Source: Sulfurifustaceae bacterium (GTDB taxonomy: Bacteria; Pseudomonadota; Gammaproteobacteria; Acidiferrobacterales; Sulfurifustaceae). From it: 64,000 bases of DNA. Made by a program: the position numbers and the translations under genes. Positions 34,467 through 47,620 of this stretch are shown piece after piece (within the stretch, counting starts at the first letter, position 1; each line of letters begins with the position of its first letter). The stretch covers positions 5,116 through 69,115 of the forward strand of contig JBGPBL010000003.1 in assembly GCA_041481225.1 (NCBI GenBank), given 5' to 3'. The notes beneath the pieces are model-generated. The model was not told where the DNA came from. It did no database searches and worked only from the letters and a program-made list of their open reading frames with translations.

Positions 34467-35064
34467 GGCCGAAACCCTCCTCTCGGATCACGCGCGGGAC
34501 CAGCACGCGTGGTTCGATGCTGACTGGCTCATACACGACGCGCTGCTTCTCGGCATCGTAACGCATCTCCACCTGACCGATGAGAGGGAAATCCTTGCGG
34601 AACGGGTGTCCGACAAAACCGTAGTCCGTTAGGATACGGCGCAGGTCCGGATGCCCCTCGAACACGATACCGAAGAGATCGAATGCCTCACGTTCATACC
34701 AATTGGCGGAATTCCAGATATCAGTTAGGGAAGCTACCATCGGCATGGCATCGTCTAGATAAGTGCGCAACCGCAGCCGCCGATTATGCTTGATCGACAA
34801 CAGATGACACACCACGGCAAAACGCGGACCCTGCCGCGACCCCTTGTCCGACTCACGCCCGTAGTCGAGGTAATCCACGCCACACAGGTCCATAAGTTGC
34901 TCAAAGGAAAAGACCGGGTCATCACGCAGTGTCCGGCAAACGTCTGCCAGCTTCCCGCGCCGGACTTCAAAAGTCAGCTCACCCGTCTGCCCCGAGACTT
35001 CCACGAGCGCCTCGCCGAATAGCTCTCGCGCGCGCGCCACAATGTCCTGATGCCCATCCGTCAT
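34459..35064 (-). CDS. nuoC: NADH-quinone oxidoreductase subunit C
   Basis: [39 protein letters not shown]. Confidence 0.97.
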   Translation of the reverse strand: MTDGHQDIVARARELFGEALVEVSGQTGELTFEVRRGKLADVCRTLRDDPVFSFEQLMDLCGVDYLDYGRESDKGSRQGPRFAVVCHLLSIKHNRRLRLRTYLDDAMPMVASLTDIWNSANWYEREAFDLFGIVFEGHPDLRRILTDYGFVGHPFRKDFPLIGQVEMRYDAEKQRVVYEPVSIEPRVLVPRVIREEGFGRG

Positions 35065-35085
35065 GATTCAAGTTCTCTTGGCAGT

Positions 35086-35562
35086 TCAGCGGGCGATGGT
35101 GTTGGTACGACAAATCTTTTTCTGTAGCTGGATGATGCCGTACAACAGCGCCTCCGCCGTGGGAGGACAACCGGGTACGTACACATCCACCGGTACGATG
35201 CGGTCACACCAACGTACCACGGAATAGGAGTAATGATAATAACCGCCGCCGTTGGCGCACGAACCCATGGAGATCACCCAGCGCGGTTCGGCCATCTGGT
35301 CGTACACCTTGCGCATTGCCGGCGCCATCTTGTTCACCAGCGTGCCGGCGACGATCATGACATCCGATTGGCGCGGGCTGGGGCGGAAAACGATGCCAAA
35401 GCGGTCCATGTCGTAACGCGACGCCGCGGCGTGCATCATTTCCACCGCGCAACAGGCGAGCCCGAAAGTCATCGGCCACAGCGAACCCGTGCGCGCGGCG
35501 TTGATGAGTTTGTCGGCCTGGGTGGTCACCCAGCCCTTTTCGAGTACCCCTTCTATTCCCAC
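35086..35562 (-). CDS. nuoB: NADH-quinone oxidoreductase subunit B
   Basis: [34 protein letters not shown]. Start set at GTG 35562, overlapping the nuoA end. Confidence 0.97.
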   Translation of the reverse strand: MGIEGVLEKGWVTTQADKLINAARTGSLWPMTFGLACCAVEMMHAAASRYDMDRFGIVFRPSPRQSDVMIVAGTLVNKMAPAMRKVYDQMAEPRWVISMGSCANGGGYYHYSYSVVRWCDRIVPVDVYVPGCPPTAEALLYGIIQLQKKICRTNTIAR

Positions 35563-35909
35563 TCCAGCGCCCCTTTTTTCCATTCGTAGATGAAACCGAC
35601 GACCAGAATGCCCAGGAACAGCATCATGGCCAGGAACCCGAACATGCCGATTTCATTGAGCGCGACGGCCCAGGGGAAAAGAAACGCGATCTCGAGGTCA
35701 AAGATGATGAACAGAATCGCCACCAGGTAATAACGCACATCGAACTTCATGCGCGAGTCTCCGAACGCCTCGAAACCGCATTCGTAAGGAGAAAGTTTGG
35801 CGCTGTCCGGACGGTGGGGGCCAAGAACCCGCCCCAGCAGGATAATGACGCTGCCCATGAACAGGGCAACACCGATAAAAATCAGAATGGGGAGATAATT
35901 CTGCAGCAT
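35553..35909 (-). CDS. nuoA: NADH-quinone oxidoreductase subunit A
   Basis: [42 protein letters not shown]. Start moved to ATG 35909. Confidence 0.97.
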   Translation of the reverse strand: MLQNYLPILIFIGVALFMGSVIILLGRVLGPHRPDSAKLSPYECGFEAFGDSRMKFDVRYYLVAILFIIFDLEIAFLFPWAVALNEIGMFGFLAMMLFLGILVVGFIYEWKKGALEWE

Positions 35910-35967
35910 CCGAGCCCCGGTTTGACGGCGGAATTCATTCCGCATTGGTTATTGGAAAGCGTCGGCG

Positions 35968-35997
35968 AGTCTAGGCCGTGGCTGCAAAGGATGTCAA
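35968..35997 (-). promoter_or_regulatory. putative sigma70 promoter of the nuo operon
   Basis: Minus strand TTGACA-N18-TAGACT, about 60 nt upstream of nuoA. Confidence 0.6.
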
Positions 35998-36135
35998 GCC
36001 AAATGGCCTGCACAAAGCGATAGCCATCAAGAAGTTATGGAACTATTGGGGGTATAAACGATGCCTATCGGTTACCCGCGAGGAAAGACACCGATAAGCG
36101 CGCAGGAATGAGACAAAAATACTGGTGTTATGTGA

Positions 36136-36220
36136 TGGTGCCGAAGGCGGGACTCGAACCCGCACGGCTTTCGCCACTACCACCTCAAGGTAGCGTGTAT
36201 ACCAATTTCACCACTTCGGC
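36136..36220 (-). tRNA. leuU: tRNA-Leu (GAG)
   Basis: 85 nt GCCGAAGTGGTGAAATTGGTA...CTACC-TTGAGGT-GGTAG...GGTTCGAGTCCC...GGCACCA; long variable arm; directly after secG. Confidence 0.97.
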
Positions 36221-36241
36221 ATTTGCATCAAAACAGTTTTA

Positions 36242-36604
36242 CTACTTGGGTACCTCGGGGAGCTTCGGCGCCGAGGGGACCTCTGGTGCTTTGCCTGCCT
36301 CGGGGACAGGCGGCATATCCGATTTGACCGGTTGTTCGCTGACCACGCTCTTGGTCACGCTGGCAGTCTCTGACTGCCGCGCATAAATCCACGCCAGCGC
36401 GAGGTTGGTGATAAAAAACACCGTGGCCAGAATCGCCGTCGTGCGCGTCAGGAAATTAGCCGAGCCGCGGCTGCCGAACAGTGTCTGCGAAGCGCCGCTG
36501 CCGAACGCCGCGCCCATGTCCGCGCCCTTGCCCTGCTGCAGGAGTATCAGCCCGATTAGCACCACCGCCGACAGAACATCAATTATCAGAACAATATCTT
36601 TCAT
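36242..36604 (-). CDS. secG: preprotein translocase subunit SecG
   Basis: LILLQQGKGADMGAAFGSGASQTLFGSRGSANFLTRTT. Confidence 0.97.
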   Translation of the reverse strand: MKDIVLIIDVLSAVVLIGLILLQQGKGADMGAAFGSGASQTLFGSRGSANFLTRTTAILATVFFITNLALAWIYARQSETASVTKSVVSEQPVKSDMPPVPEAGKAPEVPSAPKLPEVPK

Positions 36605-36644
36605 TGTTTATCTCCGACTAACACTACCGAATACTGTACGGCCA

Positions 36645-37403
36645 TCAATCGGCCGCACGGCAAACCGTCAGGAACTCTTCCGCCTGCAACGACGCCCCGC
36701 CGATCAGACCACCATCGATGTCCGGCTGGGACTGAAGTTCCTTGGCGTTGCTGCCCTTCATGCTGCCGCCATAAAGCACACGCAGTTTATCCGCCACAGA
36801 CTTGTCCTTGGCGGCAATACGTTCACGGATAAAACGATGCACGTCCTGCGCCTGGGCCGGCGTTGCCGTCTTGCCGGTACCAATTGCCCAAACGGGTTCA
36901 TAGGCGATCACCGCGTTCTTGAAACTGGCAACGCCATGCTTATTCAGCACCGCATCGATCTGGCGCGTCACCACCGCTTCGGTCTGGTTGGCTTCGCGCT
37001 CCGCGAGCGTCTCGCCCACACACAAGATGGGAATCAACCCCGCGGCCTGCGCGGCGCCGTATTTCTCGGCCACAAGCGCGTCAGTCTCACCATAATATGT
37101 GCGCCGTTCCGAATGACCGACAATAACATAAGTACAGCCATAGTCCTTGAGCATCGGACCGGATATTTCGCCGGTATAGGCCCCGGACTTGTGCACGCTG
37201 AGATTCTGCCCGCCCCAAGCCACGGCACTGCCGGCCAGCTTTTCTGCCACCAGCGGGATCAGGATAAACGGTGGGCAAATGGCCACTTCCGCCCTGGAAG
37301 CGACACTCACGCCCGTTTTCAGCGCATCGACCAGCGCCGCGGATTCGGCCCGCGACCCGTTCATCTTCCAGTTTCCTGCTACCAGCGGCCGGCGCTTGCC
37401 CAT
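36645..37403 (-). CDS. tpiA: triosephosphate isomerase
   Basis: AGNWKMNG, GAYTGEIS, VGHSERR, AYEPVWAIGTG, LYGGS, LIGGASL. Start moved to ATG 37403. Confidence 0.98.
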   Translation of the reverse strand: MGKRRPLVAGNWKMNGSRAESAALVDALKTGVSVASRAEVAICPPFILIPLVAEKLAGSAVAWGGQNLSVHKSGAYTGEISGPMLKDYGCTYVIVGHSERRTYYGETDALVAEKYGAAQAAGLIPILCVGETLAEREANQTEAVVTRQIDAVLNKHGVASFKNAVIAYEPVWAIGTGKTATPAQAQDVHRFIRERIAAKDKSVADKLRVLYGGSMKGSNAKELQSQPDIDGGLIGGASLQAEEFLTVCRAAD

Positions 37404-37492
37404 CTGTCCTCCCGGATTCTCTTTAAATCTGCTGAAAAACGGGCGCGATGTTACCGGGCACGGCCCAATAATGCAATTTCTGGGGATTATTT

Positions 37493-37512
37493 CGGCGCAA
37501 AGGGCGCAAAGA
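37493..37512. repeat. 9-nt periodic repeat arm (left)
   Basis: CGG-CGCAAAGGG-CGCAAAGA; an inverted near-copy lies at 38929-38947. Confidence 0.55.
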
Positions 37513-37533
37513 GACTCGAAGTACAACCTCCTC

Positions 37534-37678
37534 TAGAACAATCCAGGCCTCACCGAGGTAATACTTCCCGCAACGCGGCCCGGACATCGTCATCGAGCAG
37601 GGAGACCTGGCGGCTCAGGGTGTTGGCGGTGAGGAAATGCGCTCCAGCGCCGATATAGGCGCGTCGGCAAATCGGCAT
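37534..37678 (-). pseudogene. decayed N-terminal fragment of a REP-associated tyrosine transposase (RAYT/TnpA-REP, HUH family)
   Basis: 37678-37550 encodes MPICRRAYIGAGAHFLTANTLSRQVSLLDDDVRAALREVLPR*, resembling the RAYT N-terminus (M.NYRR...GG.YFFTVNT..RQ..L.D..VR.ALRE). A frameshifted EAWIVL (37551-37534) resembles the DAWVVL that precedes PDHLH; the HUH motif itself is missing. Confidence 0.7.
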
Positions 37679-37697
37679 ACGGCGATTATGTTTGATC

Positions 37698-37718
37698 GGC
37701 GCGTGGTACGCGCCCAAC
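37698..37718 (-). repeat. REP-like hairpin with GTAG-like foot
   Basis: Minus strand GTTG-GGCGCG-TACCA-CGCGCC, about 20 nt upstream of the RAYT-remnant ATG. Confidence 0.55.
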
Positions 37719-37731
37719 GCTTGCCACAGGC

Positions 37732-38799
37732 TCAGGTGTGAGTGGTGTCCGCGTGAAGTACCGAGACATGATTGCGCCCGGATTTCTTCGAGAGGTACAG
37801 CGCCTTGTCGGCGCGTCCGACGAAGTCGTCGTGACTCTCGCCCGGGTGGTAAGCAGCGACGCCGATCGACACCGTCACGCGACCGACGGTCTCGCCCGTG
37901 TCAACGCGCTTCAGCCGGCTGCGTTCGATAGCGGCGCGTAGCACTTCGGCCACGCGCTCGGCGTTGGCGAGCGGCGTTTCGGGCAGCAACACCGCAAACT
38001 CCTCGCCACCCATGCGCGCGACCGTGTCCTTGCCCTTGATGTTTGACGACAGCAGCGTGCCCACCGAGCGGATCACCTTGTCGCCGATGAGGTGGCCATA
38101 GGTATCGTTGACGTTCTTAAAGTGGTCGATGTCGACCAACAGCAGGGAAAGCGTCGTGGCCGGATCCTTGGCGTGATCGCAAGCCTCCTGCAACGCCGCC
38201 TCGAAGGCGCGCCGGTTCTTGAGACCAGTGAGTGCGTCGATGCTCACCTGCTGGCGGGTATGTTCAAGCTCGTCACGCAGCGTCTCAATCTCGCGGCGCG
38301 TGTCGTCCAGCATCTGTTTCAGCAGCTGGCCGTTGTGGGCGATGTCGCGTGTTTCGCCCACCACCTCGCCAAGAATGCGGCGCATCTCTTCGAGCGACGG
38401 TCCGCGCTCAAGATGAGCAGACTTGGCAGCGAGCGATTCTGAAGACCGCTCGGCCTGCGTCTTGGCCTGATTGACGCCGGTGATGGTTTCCGTCACCAGC
38501 GTGCGCAGCTCGCTGCGAATGTTCTCAAGTTGGTGCTTGTTATCGTCCCAAATGAAGCGCCGGTAAAGATCGTGCGCCGCCTCGGCGCTGAAGCGCCCGC
38601 CGGCGAGCACGTTGTCGAGTGCCTCCCGGAGTGCCGCGTTGCGGCCAGCCACGTAGTCGTAGCAGAGGGCGAAGTTGACCGGGTTCGGTGCCATCTTGTG
38701 GCTGCCCAGAAAGGCGAGCGCCAGGCGCAGGTATTCGGATGCCTGTTCCGGGTCTTCTGCGTACGGGTGGCGATCCGTGTTAGAAGGTGTTGTGGCCAT
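37732..38799 (-). CDS. diguanylate cyclase (GGDEF), VdcA-like cytoplasmic architecture
   Basis: DALTGLKNRR, DIDHFKNVNDTYGHLIGD, RMGGEEF, VTVSIGVA, ADKALYLSK.SGRN; N-terminal PNPVNFALCYDYV and coiled coil. Confidence 0.93.
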   Translation of the reverse strand: MATTPSNTDRHPYAEDPEQASEYLRLALAFLGSHKMAPNPVNFALCYDYVAGRNAALREALDNVLAGGRFSAEAAHDLYRRFIWDDNKHQLENIRSELRTLVTETITGVNQAKTQAERSSESLAAKSAHLERGPSLEEMRRILGEVVGETRDIAHNGQLLKQMLDDTRREIETLRDELEHTRQQVSIDALTGLKNRRAFEAALQEACDHAKDPATTLSLLLVDIDHFKNVNDTYGHLIGDKVIRSVGTLLSSNIKGKDTVARMGGEEFAVLLPETPLANAERVAEVLRAAIERSRLKRVDTGETVGRVTVSIGVAAYHPGESHDDFVGRADKALYLSKKSGRNHVSVLHADTTHT

Positions 38800-38881
38800 C
38801 TGTCACTTTATGTTTATTGGCCATTGCCTGGGCTAGTGGAACAAGTTTAGCTTTATTTGACAGAAATATGCCAGAGCAAGC

Positions 38882-38906
38882 GTAGGGCGCATGCCACTCA
38901 TCCGAC
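38882..38906 (+). repeat. degenerate GTAG-type REP-like sequence
   Basis: GTAG-GGCGCA-TGCCACTCATCCGAC; shares GT(A/T)GGGCGC with 37698-37718, but its hairpin is poor. Confidence 0.35.
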
Positions 38907-38928
38907 ATACATGCCACACAGCGTCTAT

Positions 38929-38947
38929 GTCTTTGCGCCTTCGCGGT
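38929..38947. repeat. 9-nt periodic repeat arm (right)
   Basis: GTCTTTGCGCCTTCGCGGT; reverse complement CGCGAAG-GCGCAAAGA vs left arm CGCAAAGGGCGCAAAGA (15/17). Confidence 0.5.
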
Positions 38948-38953
38948 ACCATT

Positions 38954-40315
38954 CTATGCTGCGGCTTCTTCCGCCGCGCGCTGGACGGTATCCGCCAAAA
39001 ATTGGGTCAGGCGTTGCACCTGTCCCCTATCGCGTCCCTCGACCATCACGCGGATCAACGACTCCGTGCCCGAGGCACGCAATACCACCCGCCCCTTGTC
39101 GGCCAATTCGGCTTCCACTTCCTTGATCGCCTGCTGCACCCGGTGCGATTCCTTGACGTCGAAGCGCCGCTTCATGCGCACGTTGATCATGGTCTGGGGA
39201 TAGGTCTCCATGCCCGACTTGATCTCCTTCAGGGATTTACCAGACGCGACCATGGCCACCAAGACTTGCAGCGCCGCGATAATGCCGTCACCGGTGGTGC
39301 TGCGATCGAGGCAAATAATATGCCCCGATGTCTCGCCGCCCAGCTCCCAGCCGTGTTCACTCAACATGCCAAGCACGTAACGGTCGCCCACCGCCGCGCG
39401 CCGGAAGGGAATACCTTGCGCCATGCAGGCCTGCTCCAAACCGAGGTTGCTCATCAGCGTCCCGACCACACCGCCGTGCATGCGGCCGTTGCGCTTGCGC
39501 TCCTGCGCAATGATAAAAAGAATCTGATCGCCGTCAATGATCTCGCCACTGGCATCCACCATGAGCACGCGGTCGCCGTCGCCGTCGAGCGCGATGCCAA
39601 GATCGGCGCCCTTTTCCAGAACCGTCTTGCGCAACAACTCGGGGTGCGTCGAACCGCACTCACGATTGATATTGAAACCGTCGGGTTCGTTGGCGATAGC
39701 GATAACATTCGCGCCCAGCTCGCTGAACACGAGCGGCGCGACGCTGTAGGCCGCACCATTGGAGCAGTCGACGACGATCGTCAGCCCTTCCAGGCCGAGC
39801 TTATGGGGAAATGTACTTTTACAGAATTCAATATAACGTCCACCGGCGTCGTCATAGCGCTTGGCCTTGCCGAGCGAGGCGGCATCCGCCATGGTCAGCG
39901 GCTGCTGCATCATCTCTTCGATGGCCAACTCGACATCGTCCGGCAGCTTGGTGCCCTCGGAGGAAAAGAACTTGATGCCATTGTCTTCGTAGGGATTGTG
40001 CGAAGCGCTGATCACGATACCGGCGCGGGCACGCGCCGTGCGCGTGAGGTACGCAATCGCGGGAGTCGGCATCGGCCCGAGCAGGCGGATGTCCACGCCC
40101 GCGGCCGAGAGCCCGGCTTCGAGCGCGGACTCAAGCAAATAGCCGGAGATACGCGTGTCCTTGCCGATAAGTATCTTGGCGTGATCGCTCGTGCCATGAC
40201 CCAATACACGACCGGCGGCCCAACCCAGCTTCACCACGGTTTCGGGGGTAATGGGCTCTTCGCCCACCTTGCCGCGAATACCGTCTGTTCCGAAAAACCG
40301 CCTTTTTTTACTCAT
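38954..40315 (-). CDS. glmM: phosphoglucosamine mutase
   Basis: [61 protein letters not shown]. Start moved to ATG 40315. Confidence 0.97.
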   Translation of the reverse strand: MSKKRRFFGTDGIRGKVGEEPITPETVVKLGWAAGRVLGHGTSDHAKILIGKDTRISGYLLESALEAGLSAAGVDIRLLGPMPTPAIAYLTRTARARAGIVISASHNPYEDNGIKFFSSEGTKLPDDVELAIEEMMQQPLTMADAASLGKAKRYDDAGGRYIEFCKSTFPHKLGLEGLTIVVDCSNGAAYSVAPLVFSELGANVIAIANEPDGFNINRECGSTHPELLRKTVLEKGADLGIALDGDGDRVLMVDASGEIIDGDQILFIIAQERKRNGRMHGGVVGTLMSNLGLEQACMAQGIPFRRAAVGDRYVLGMLSEHGWELGGETSGHIICLDRSTTGDGIIAALQVLVAMVASGKSLKEIKSGMETYPQTMINVRMKRRFDVKESHRVQQAIKEVEAELADKGRVVLRASGTESLIRVMVEGRDRGQVQRLTQFLADTVQRAAEEAAA

Positions 40316-41162
40316 TATCCTTTTCTCCCGTTGTCTTCGGATACACCGCAGCCCACATGCGCAATGCCTCCACCGTGGGACCAACGTCATGCACCCGAAC
40401 TATGCTGGCGCCATTTTGCACCGCGAGAACAGCCAGGACCACGCTCGCGTGCAACCGGTTCTCGACGGACAGGCCCAGCGCCTGGCCGATCATGGATTTG
40501 CGCGAAAGACCCGCCAGTACCGGCGCGCCCAGACTTGTCAGTTTCCTCAAGCCACGCAGTAATTCTAGATTATGCACTAGCGTCTTGCCGAAGCCGAAAC
40601 CCGGATCGATGAGAATCCGGTTGGCCGGAATCCCGGCCACGCTTGCCGCCTGCATTCGTTCCCGCAGAAAATCAGCGACCTCGGCAGCGACGTCGTCATA
40701 GTGTGGGTCGGCCTGCATGGTGCGCGGCTCACCCCGCATGTGCATGAGGCAGACCGGCACCCCGGTACCCGCCGCCGCCTCCAGCGCCCCGGGCTCACAC
40801 AAGGCCCGCACATCATTAATAAGTCCCGCGCCGGCGCTAACCGCTGCCCGCATGACTTCGGGTTTCGAGGTGTCTATGGAGAGGGGCAATGGCACACTGG
40901 CGTGCAGTGCTTCAATAACCGGCAATACACGGTCCATTTCTTCCTGCACCGTGACGGACTGCGCACCGGGCCTTGTGGACTCGCCACCGACATCAATGAT
41001 GTCCGCCCCCTCTTGCGCCATGCGCAAGGCCTGCGTGACCGCATTATGCCGGGACAAAAAATTACCCCCGTCCGAAAAAGAATCGGGGGTAATATTCAGT
41101 ATCCCCATGACGGCCGGGCGGGACAGGTCCAGCGGCCGCCCGCGGCAATCCAACACCGGCAT
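40308..41162 (-). CDS. folP: dihydropteroate synthase
   Basis: [53 protein letters not shown]. Confidence 0.97.
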   Translation of the reverse strand: MPVLDCRGRPLDLSRPAVMGILNITPDSFSDGGNFLSRHNAVTQALRMAQEGADIIDVGGESTRPGAQSVTVQEEMDRVLPVIEALHASVPLPLSIDTSKPEVMRAAVSAGAGLINDVRALCEPGALEAAAGTGVPVCLMHMRGEPRTMQADPHYDDVAAEVADFLRERMQAASVAGIPANRILIDPGFGFGKTLVHNLELLRGLRKLTSLGAPVLAGLSRKSMIGQALGLSVENRLHASVVLAVLAVQNGASIVRVHDVGPTVEALRMWAAVYPKTTGEKDNE

Positions 41163-41170
41163 GGCCGCGC

Positions 41171-43081
41171 TCAGTGCTCTCCGGCCGGGGAATCCAGACG
41201 CGGTTTGACCTTGGGCTTGGTCGTCGGTTTCTTCGGTTTGGAGCCGGTATCGCCGGGGCTCCCGCTCACTCCCGCCGGCGGGCGTGGATCTTTCCCCGTC
41301 ATGATGTCCTCGAGCTGTTCAGAATCGAGTGTCTCCCATTCGAGCAGCGCCTTGGCCATCTTCTCGACCTTGTCGCGGCTTTCCTCGAGGATCGTGTGAG
41401 CCCGCGCGTACTGCTCGTCGATGATGCGGCGGATTTCCTTGTCTACAGTCTCGGCCACGGCGTTACTCATGTTCTTGTGCGTCATCACATCCCGTCCGAG
41501 AAACACTTCGCTCTGGTTATCACCGTAAACACGCGTGCCGAGCACGGCACTCATGCCCCAGCGCATGACCATGTTGCGCGCGAGATCGGTGGCACGCTCG
41601 AAATCGTTGGCCGCCCCGGTGGTCATCTGGTTCATAAACATTTCTTCCGCGATACGCCCGCCCATCAACACCGAGATGGTTGACAGCAGGCTGTCGCGGT
41701 CGTGACTGTAACGGTCCTCCGTCGGCAGCTGCATGGTCACACCCAGGGCACGCCCGCGCGGGATGATGGTGACCTTGTGCACCGGATCGGTATTCGGGAG
41801 CGACTTCGCCACCACCGCGTGACCGGATTCGTGGTATGCCGTGTTCATGCGCTCCTTCTCCGGCATCACGATGGAACGACGCTCCGCGCCCATCACGATC
41901 TTGTCCTTGGCCTTTTCGAAATCTTCCATGTCCACGAGACGCTTGTTGGCGCGGGCGGCAAAGAGCGCCGCTTCATTCACGAGGTTCGCGAGGTCAGCCC
42001 CGGAAAAACCGGGCGTGCCGCGGGCAAGGATGTTGGCGTCCACGTCGTCCGCGACCGGCACCTTGCGCATGTGGACCTTGAGAATCTGTTCGCGCCCGCG
42101 GATGTCCGGGAGCGGCACATAGACCTGACGGTCGAAACGGCCCGGACGCAGCAACGCCGGGTCGAGCACGTCTGGACGGTTGGTGGCGGCGATCACGATC
42201 ACGCCTTCCGTGCCTTCAAAGCCATCCATCTCCACCAGCAACTGGTTTAACGTTTGCTCGCGCTCGTCGTGACCGCCGCCCAGACCCGCGCCACGCTGGC
42301 GGCCGACGGCGTCGATTTCATCGATAAAGATGATGCACGGCGAGTGCTTCTTCGCCTGATCGAACATGTCACGCACGCGCGAAGCGCCCACACCGACAAA
42401 CATCTCGACGAAGTCGGAGCCGGAGATGGAGAAAAACGGCACCTTAGCTTCGCCGGCGATGGCCTTGGCGAGCAGTGTCTTGCCCGTGCCCGGACTGCCG
42501 GTCATGAGCACACCCTTGGGAATGCGCCCGCCGAGTTTCTGGAATTTGGACGGGTCGCGCAGGAATTCCACCAACTCCCCGACTTCCTCCTTGGCCTCTT
42601 CCACGCCAGCGACATCGTCGAACGTGACCTTGTTCTGCTCTTCGGTCAACATCCGCGCCTTGCTCTTACCGAAGCTCATCGCCCCACGCCCGCCCATCCC
42701 GCCTTGCATCTGGCGCATGAAGAAAACCCACACGCCCACCAGCAGCAGCAGCGGGAACCAGTTAATAAAGATCGTCAGCAGAAGCGACTGTTCTTCCTGG
42801 GGCTTGGCATCGATGGCCACGCCGTGATCCAGCAAATCGCCGATCAGGCCCGGGTCGCCGGGAGAAAAGGTGGTGAACGCCTCGCTGCTCTTGAGCTTGC
42901 CGGAAATCTCGCGGCCCTGGATGACGACTCGCTCCACATCGTTGGTGCGGATCTTCTGGATGAATGCCGAGTATTCCATCGGGTGCGTGGTTTGCTGGCG
43001 GTTGCCGAAATTATTGAACACCGACATCAGCACGATCGCGATGACGAGCCACAGGAGCAGATTCTTGGTGAGATTATTCAA
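41171..43081 (-). CDS. ftsH: ATP-dependent zinc metalloprotease FtsH
   Basis: Two TM segments; [41 protein letters not shown]; TTG start. Confidence 0.98.
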   Translation of the reverse strand: MNNLTKNLLLWLVIAIVLMSVFNNFGNRQQTTHPMEYSAFIQKIRTNDVERVVIQGREISGKLKSSEAFTTFSPGDPGLIGDLLDHGVAIDAKPQEEQSLLLTIFINWFPLLLLVGVWVFFMRQMQGGMGGRGAMSFGKSKARMLTEEQNKVTFDDVAGVEEAKEEVGELVEFLRDPSKFQKLGGRIPKGVLMTGSPGTGKTLLAKAIAGEAKVPFFSISGSDFVEMFVGVGASRVRDMFDQAKKHSPCIIFIDEIDAVGRQRGAGLGGGHDEREQTLNQLLVEMDGFEGTEGVIVIAATNRPDVLDPALLRPGRFDRQVYVPLPDIRGREQILKVHMRKVPVADDVDANILARGTPGFSGADLANLVNEAALFAARANKRLVDMEDFEKAKDKIVMGAERRSIVMPEKERMNTAYHESGHAVVAKSLPNTDPVHKVTIIPRGRALGVTMQLPTEDRYSHDRDSLLSTISVLMGGRIAEEMFMNQMTTGAANDFERATDLARNMVMRWGMSAVLGTRVYGDNQSEVFLGRDVMTHKNMSNAVAETVDKEIRRIIDEQYARAHTILEESRDKVEKMAKALLEWETLDSEQLEDIMTGKDPRPPAGVSGSPGDTGSKPKKPTTKPKVKPRLDSPAGEH

Positions 43082-43139
43082 GTGTTACCTCTTTGCGATT
43101 CAACGGGCACAAATCTCCCGCGTTTGTTGCATTTTCCTA

Positions 43140-43793
43140 CTATGTCCTGCCTGAAACAATCGCGCCCTCGCGATCACCCTTAAACCCTTTCCCCAACAGG
43201 TATATTTCGCGACTCTCGGACCGTGAAGCACGGGGTTTGCGGGCAACAAGCTTCTCAAACCGCGATTGCATCTGCTTGTACAGATCGTTGAACCCAGCGC
43301 CCTGAAAGGTCTTCATCACCAGAGAACCGCCCGGCTTCAGGGTTTTGTCGGCAAACTCGAAGGCAAGTTCCGACAGATTCATGCTTTTCGCCTGATCCAC
43401 CGAGGCCACTCCACTGGTATTGGGGGCCATGTCCGATATTACAAGGTCGACCTTGCTGTCCCCGAGCCGTTCCAACACCAAGTCTAGCACCGCCTGTTCC
43501 GCGAAATCGCCCTGAATGAATTCAACGCCTTGGATGGGTTCCATCGGCAAAATATCGAGCGCGAGCACACGCCCGCTGTCACGGAGGCGTTTTTTCACGT
43601 ATTGCGACCAGCCGCCCGGCGCCGCCCCCAGGTCGACCACCGTCATACCGGGGCGCAGCAGGTGATCGTGGGCGTCAATCTCTTCGAGCTTGAATGTCGC
43701 ACGCGAGCGCCAGCCTTCTTTTTGGGCACGCTTGACGAATTCATCGTCAAAATGCCGGCGCAACCAGCGATCGCTGCTTTTAGTGCGAGCCAT
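43140..43793 (-). CDS. rlmE: 23S rRNA (uridine2552-2'-O)-methyltransferase RlmE
   Basis: WRSRATFKL, DLGAAPGGWSQ, VISDMAPN, KPRASRSESREIY. Confidence 0.97.
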   Translation of the reverse strand: MARTKSSDRWLRRHFDDEFVKRAQKEGWRSRATFKLEEIDAHDHLLRPGMTVVDLGAAPGGWSQYVKKRLRDSGRVLALDILPMEPIQGVEFIQGDFAEQAVLDLVLERLGDSKVDLVISDMAPNTSGVASVDQAKSMNLSELAFEFADKTLKPGGSLVMKTFQGAGFNDLYKQMQSRFEKLVARKPRASRSESREIYLLGKGFKGDREGAIVSGRT

Positions 43794-43840
43794 AGGGAAA
43801 CAGGGGGCACGGACTCATTAGGGTTCTCACCACGAGAATG

Positions 43841-43868
43841 GACAGGATTTACAGGATACGCTCAGGAT
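43841..43868. repeat. 9-nt periodic repeat arm, same family as 9452-9527
   Basis: G-ACAGGATTT-ACAGGATAC-GCTCAGGAT; the partner arm (about 43891-43911) is degenerate. Confidence 0.6.
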
Positions 43869-43912
43869 CAATAGGGTTTACCCAATAAATAAACCCGTCG
43901 ATCCAGCTGAAT

Positions 43913-44385
43913 TTAGATGTAACGGATATCGAGGATTTCGTACTCGCGCAGACCACCCGGAACCTGAACCTCGACGACGGCGCCCTGTTCCTTGCTGATG
44001 AGGGCGCGGGAAATGGGTGAACTGATGGAAATCTTGCCTTGGGCGATATCGGCCTCGTAATCGCCGACGATCTGATAGGTCACCTTCTGGCCGCTTTGCT
44101 CATCCATGAGATCCACCGTCGCACCGAACACCACCTTGCCGTTGGCGCTGACCGTGCGCGGATCGATGACCTGGGCATTGGCCAGCTTCATGTCGAGGTC
44201 GGCAATCTTGCCCTCGACAAAACTCTGCTGTTCCTTGGCAGCGTGATACTCGGCATTCTCGGAAAGATCGCCATGCGAACGCGCTTCGGCAATCGCCTGA
44301 ATGATGCGCGGGCGCTCCACCGACTTCAGGCGTTGCAATTCTTCCTTGAGCTTCGCGGCGCCAATAACCGTCAGGGGTACCTTGG

Positions 44386-44389
<4 letters not shown>
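43913..44389 (-). CDS. greA: transcription elongation factor GreA
   Basis: [35 protein letters not shown]; ATGA overlap with carB. Confidence 0.98.
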
Positions 44390-47613
<3,224 letters not shown>

Positions 47614-47620
47614 GGCCTGT

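Noticed and set aside
36040-36135. tRNA-Leu (and tRNA-fMet) 3' ends as island attachment sites; hairpin TATCGGT...ACCGATA at 36066-36096
   Set aside because: No integrase and no duplicated tRNA 3' end seen. The hairpin lies upstream of the nuo promoter and lacks a U-tract, so it is neither a nuo riboswitch nor a clear terminator.
38800-38880. Possible sigma54 or sigma28 promoter for the GGDEF gene (TGGCAT..., GCCAATAA)
   Set aside because: The -12 TTGC is absent for sigma54 and the spacing is wrong for sigma28.
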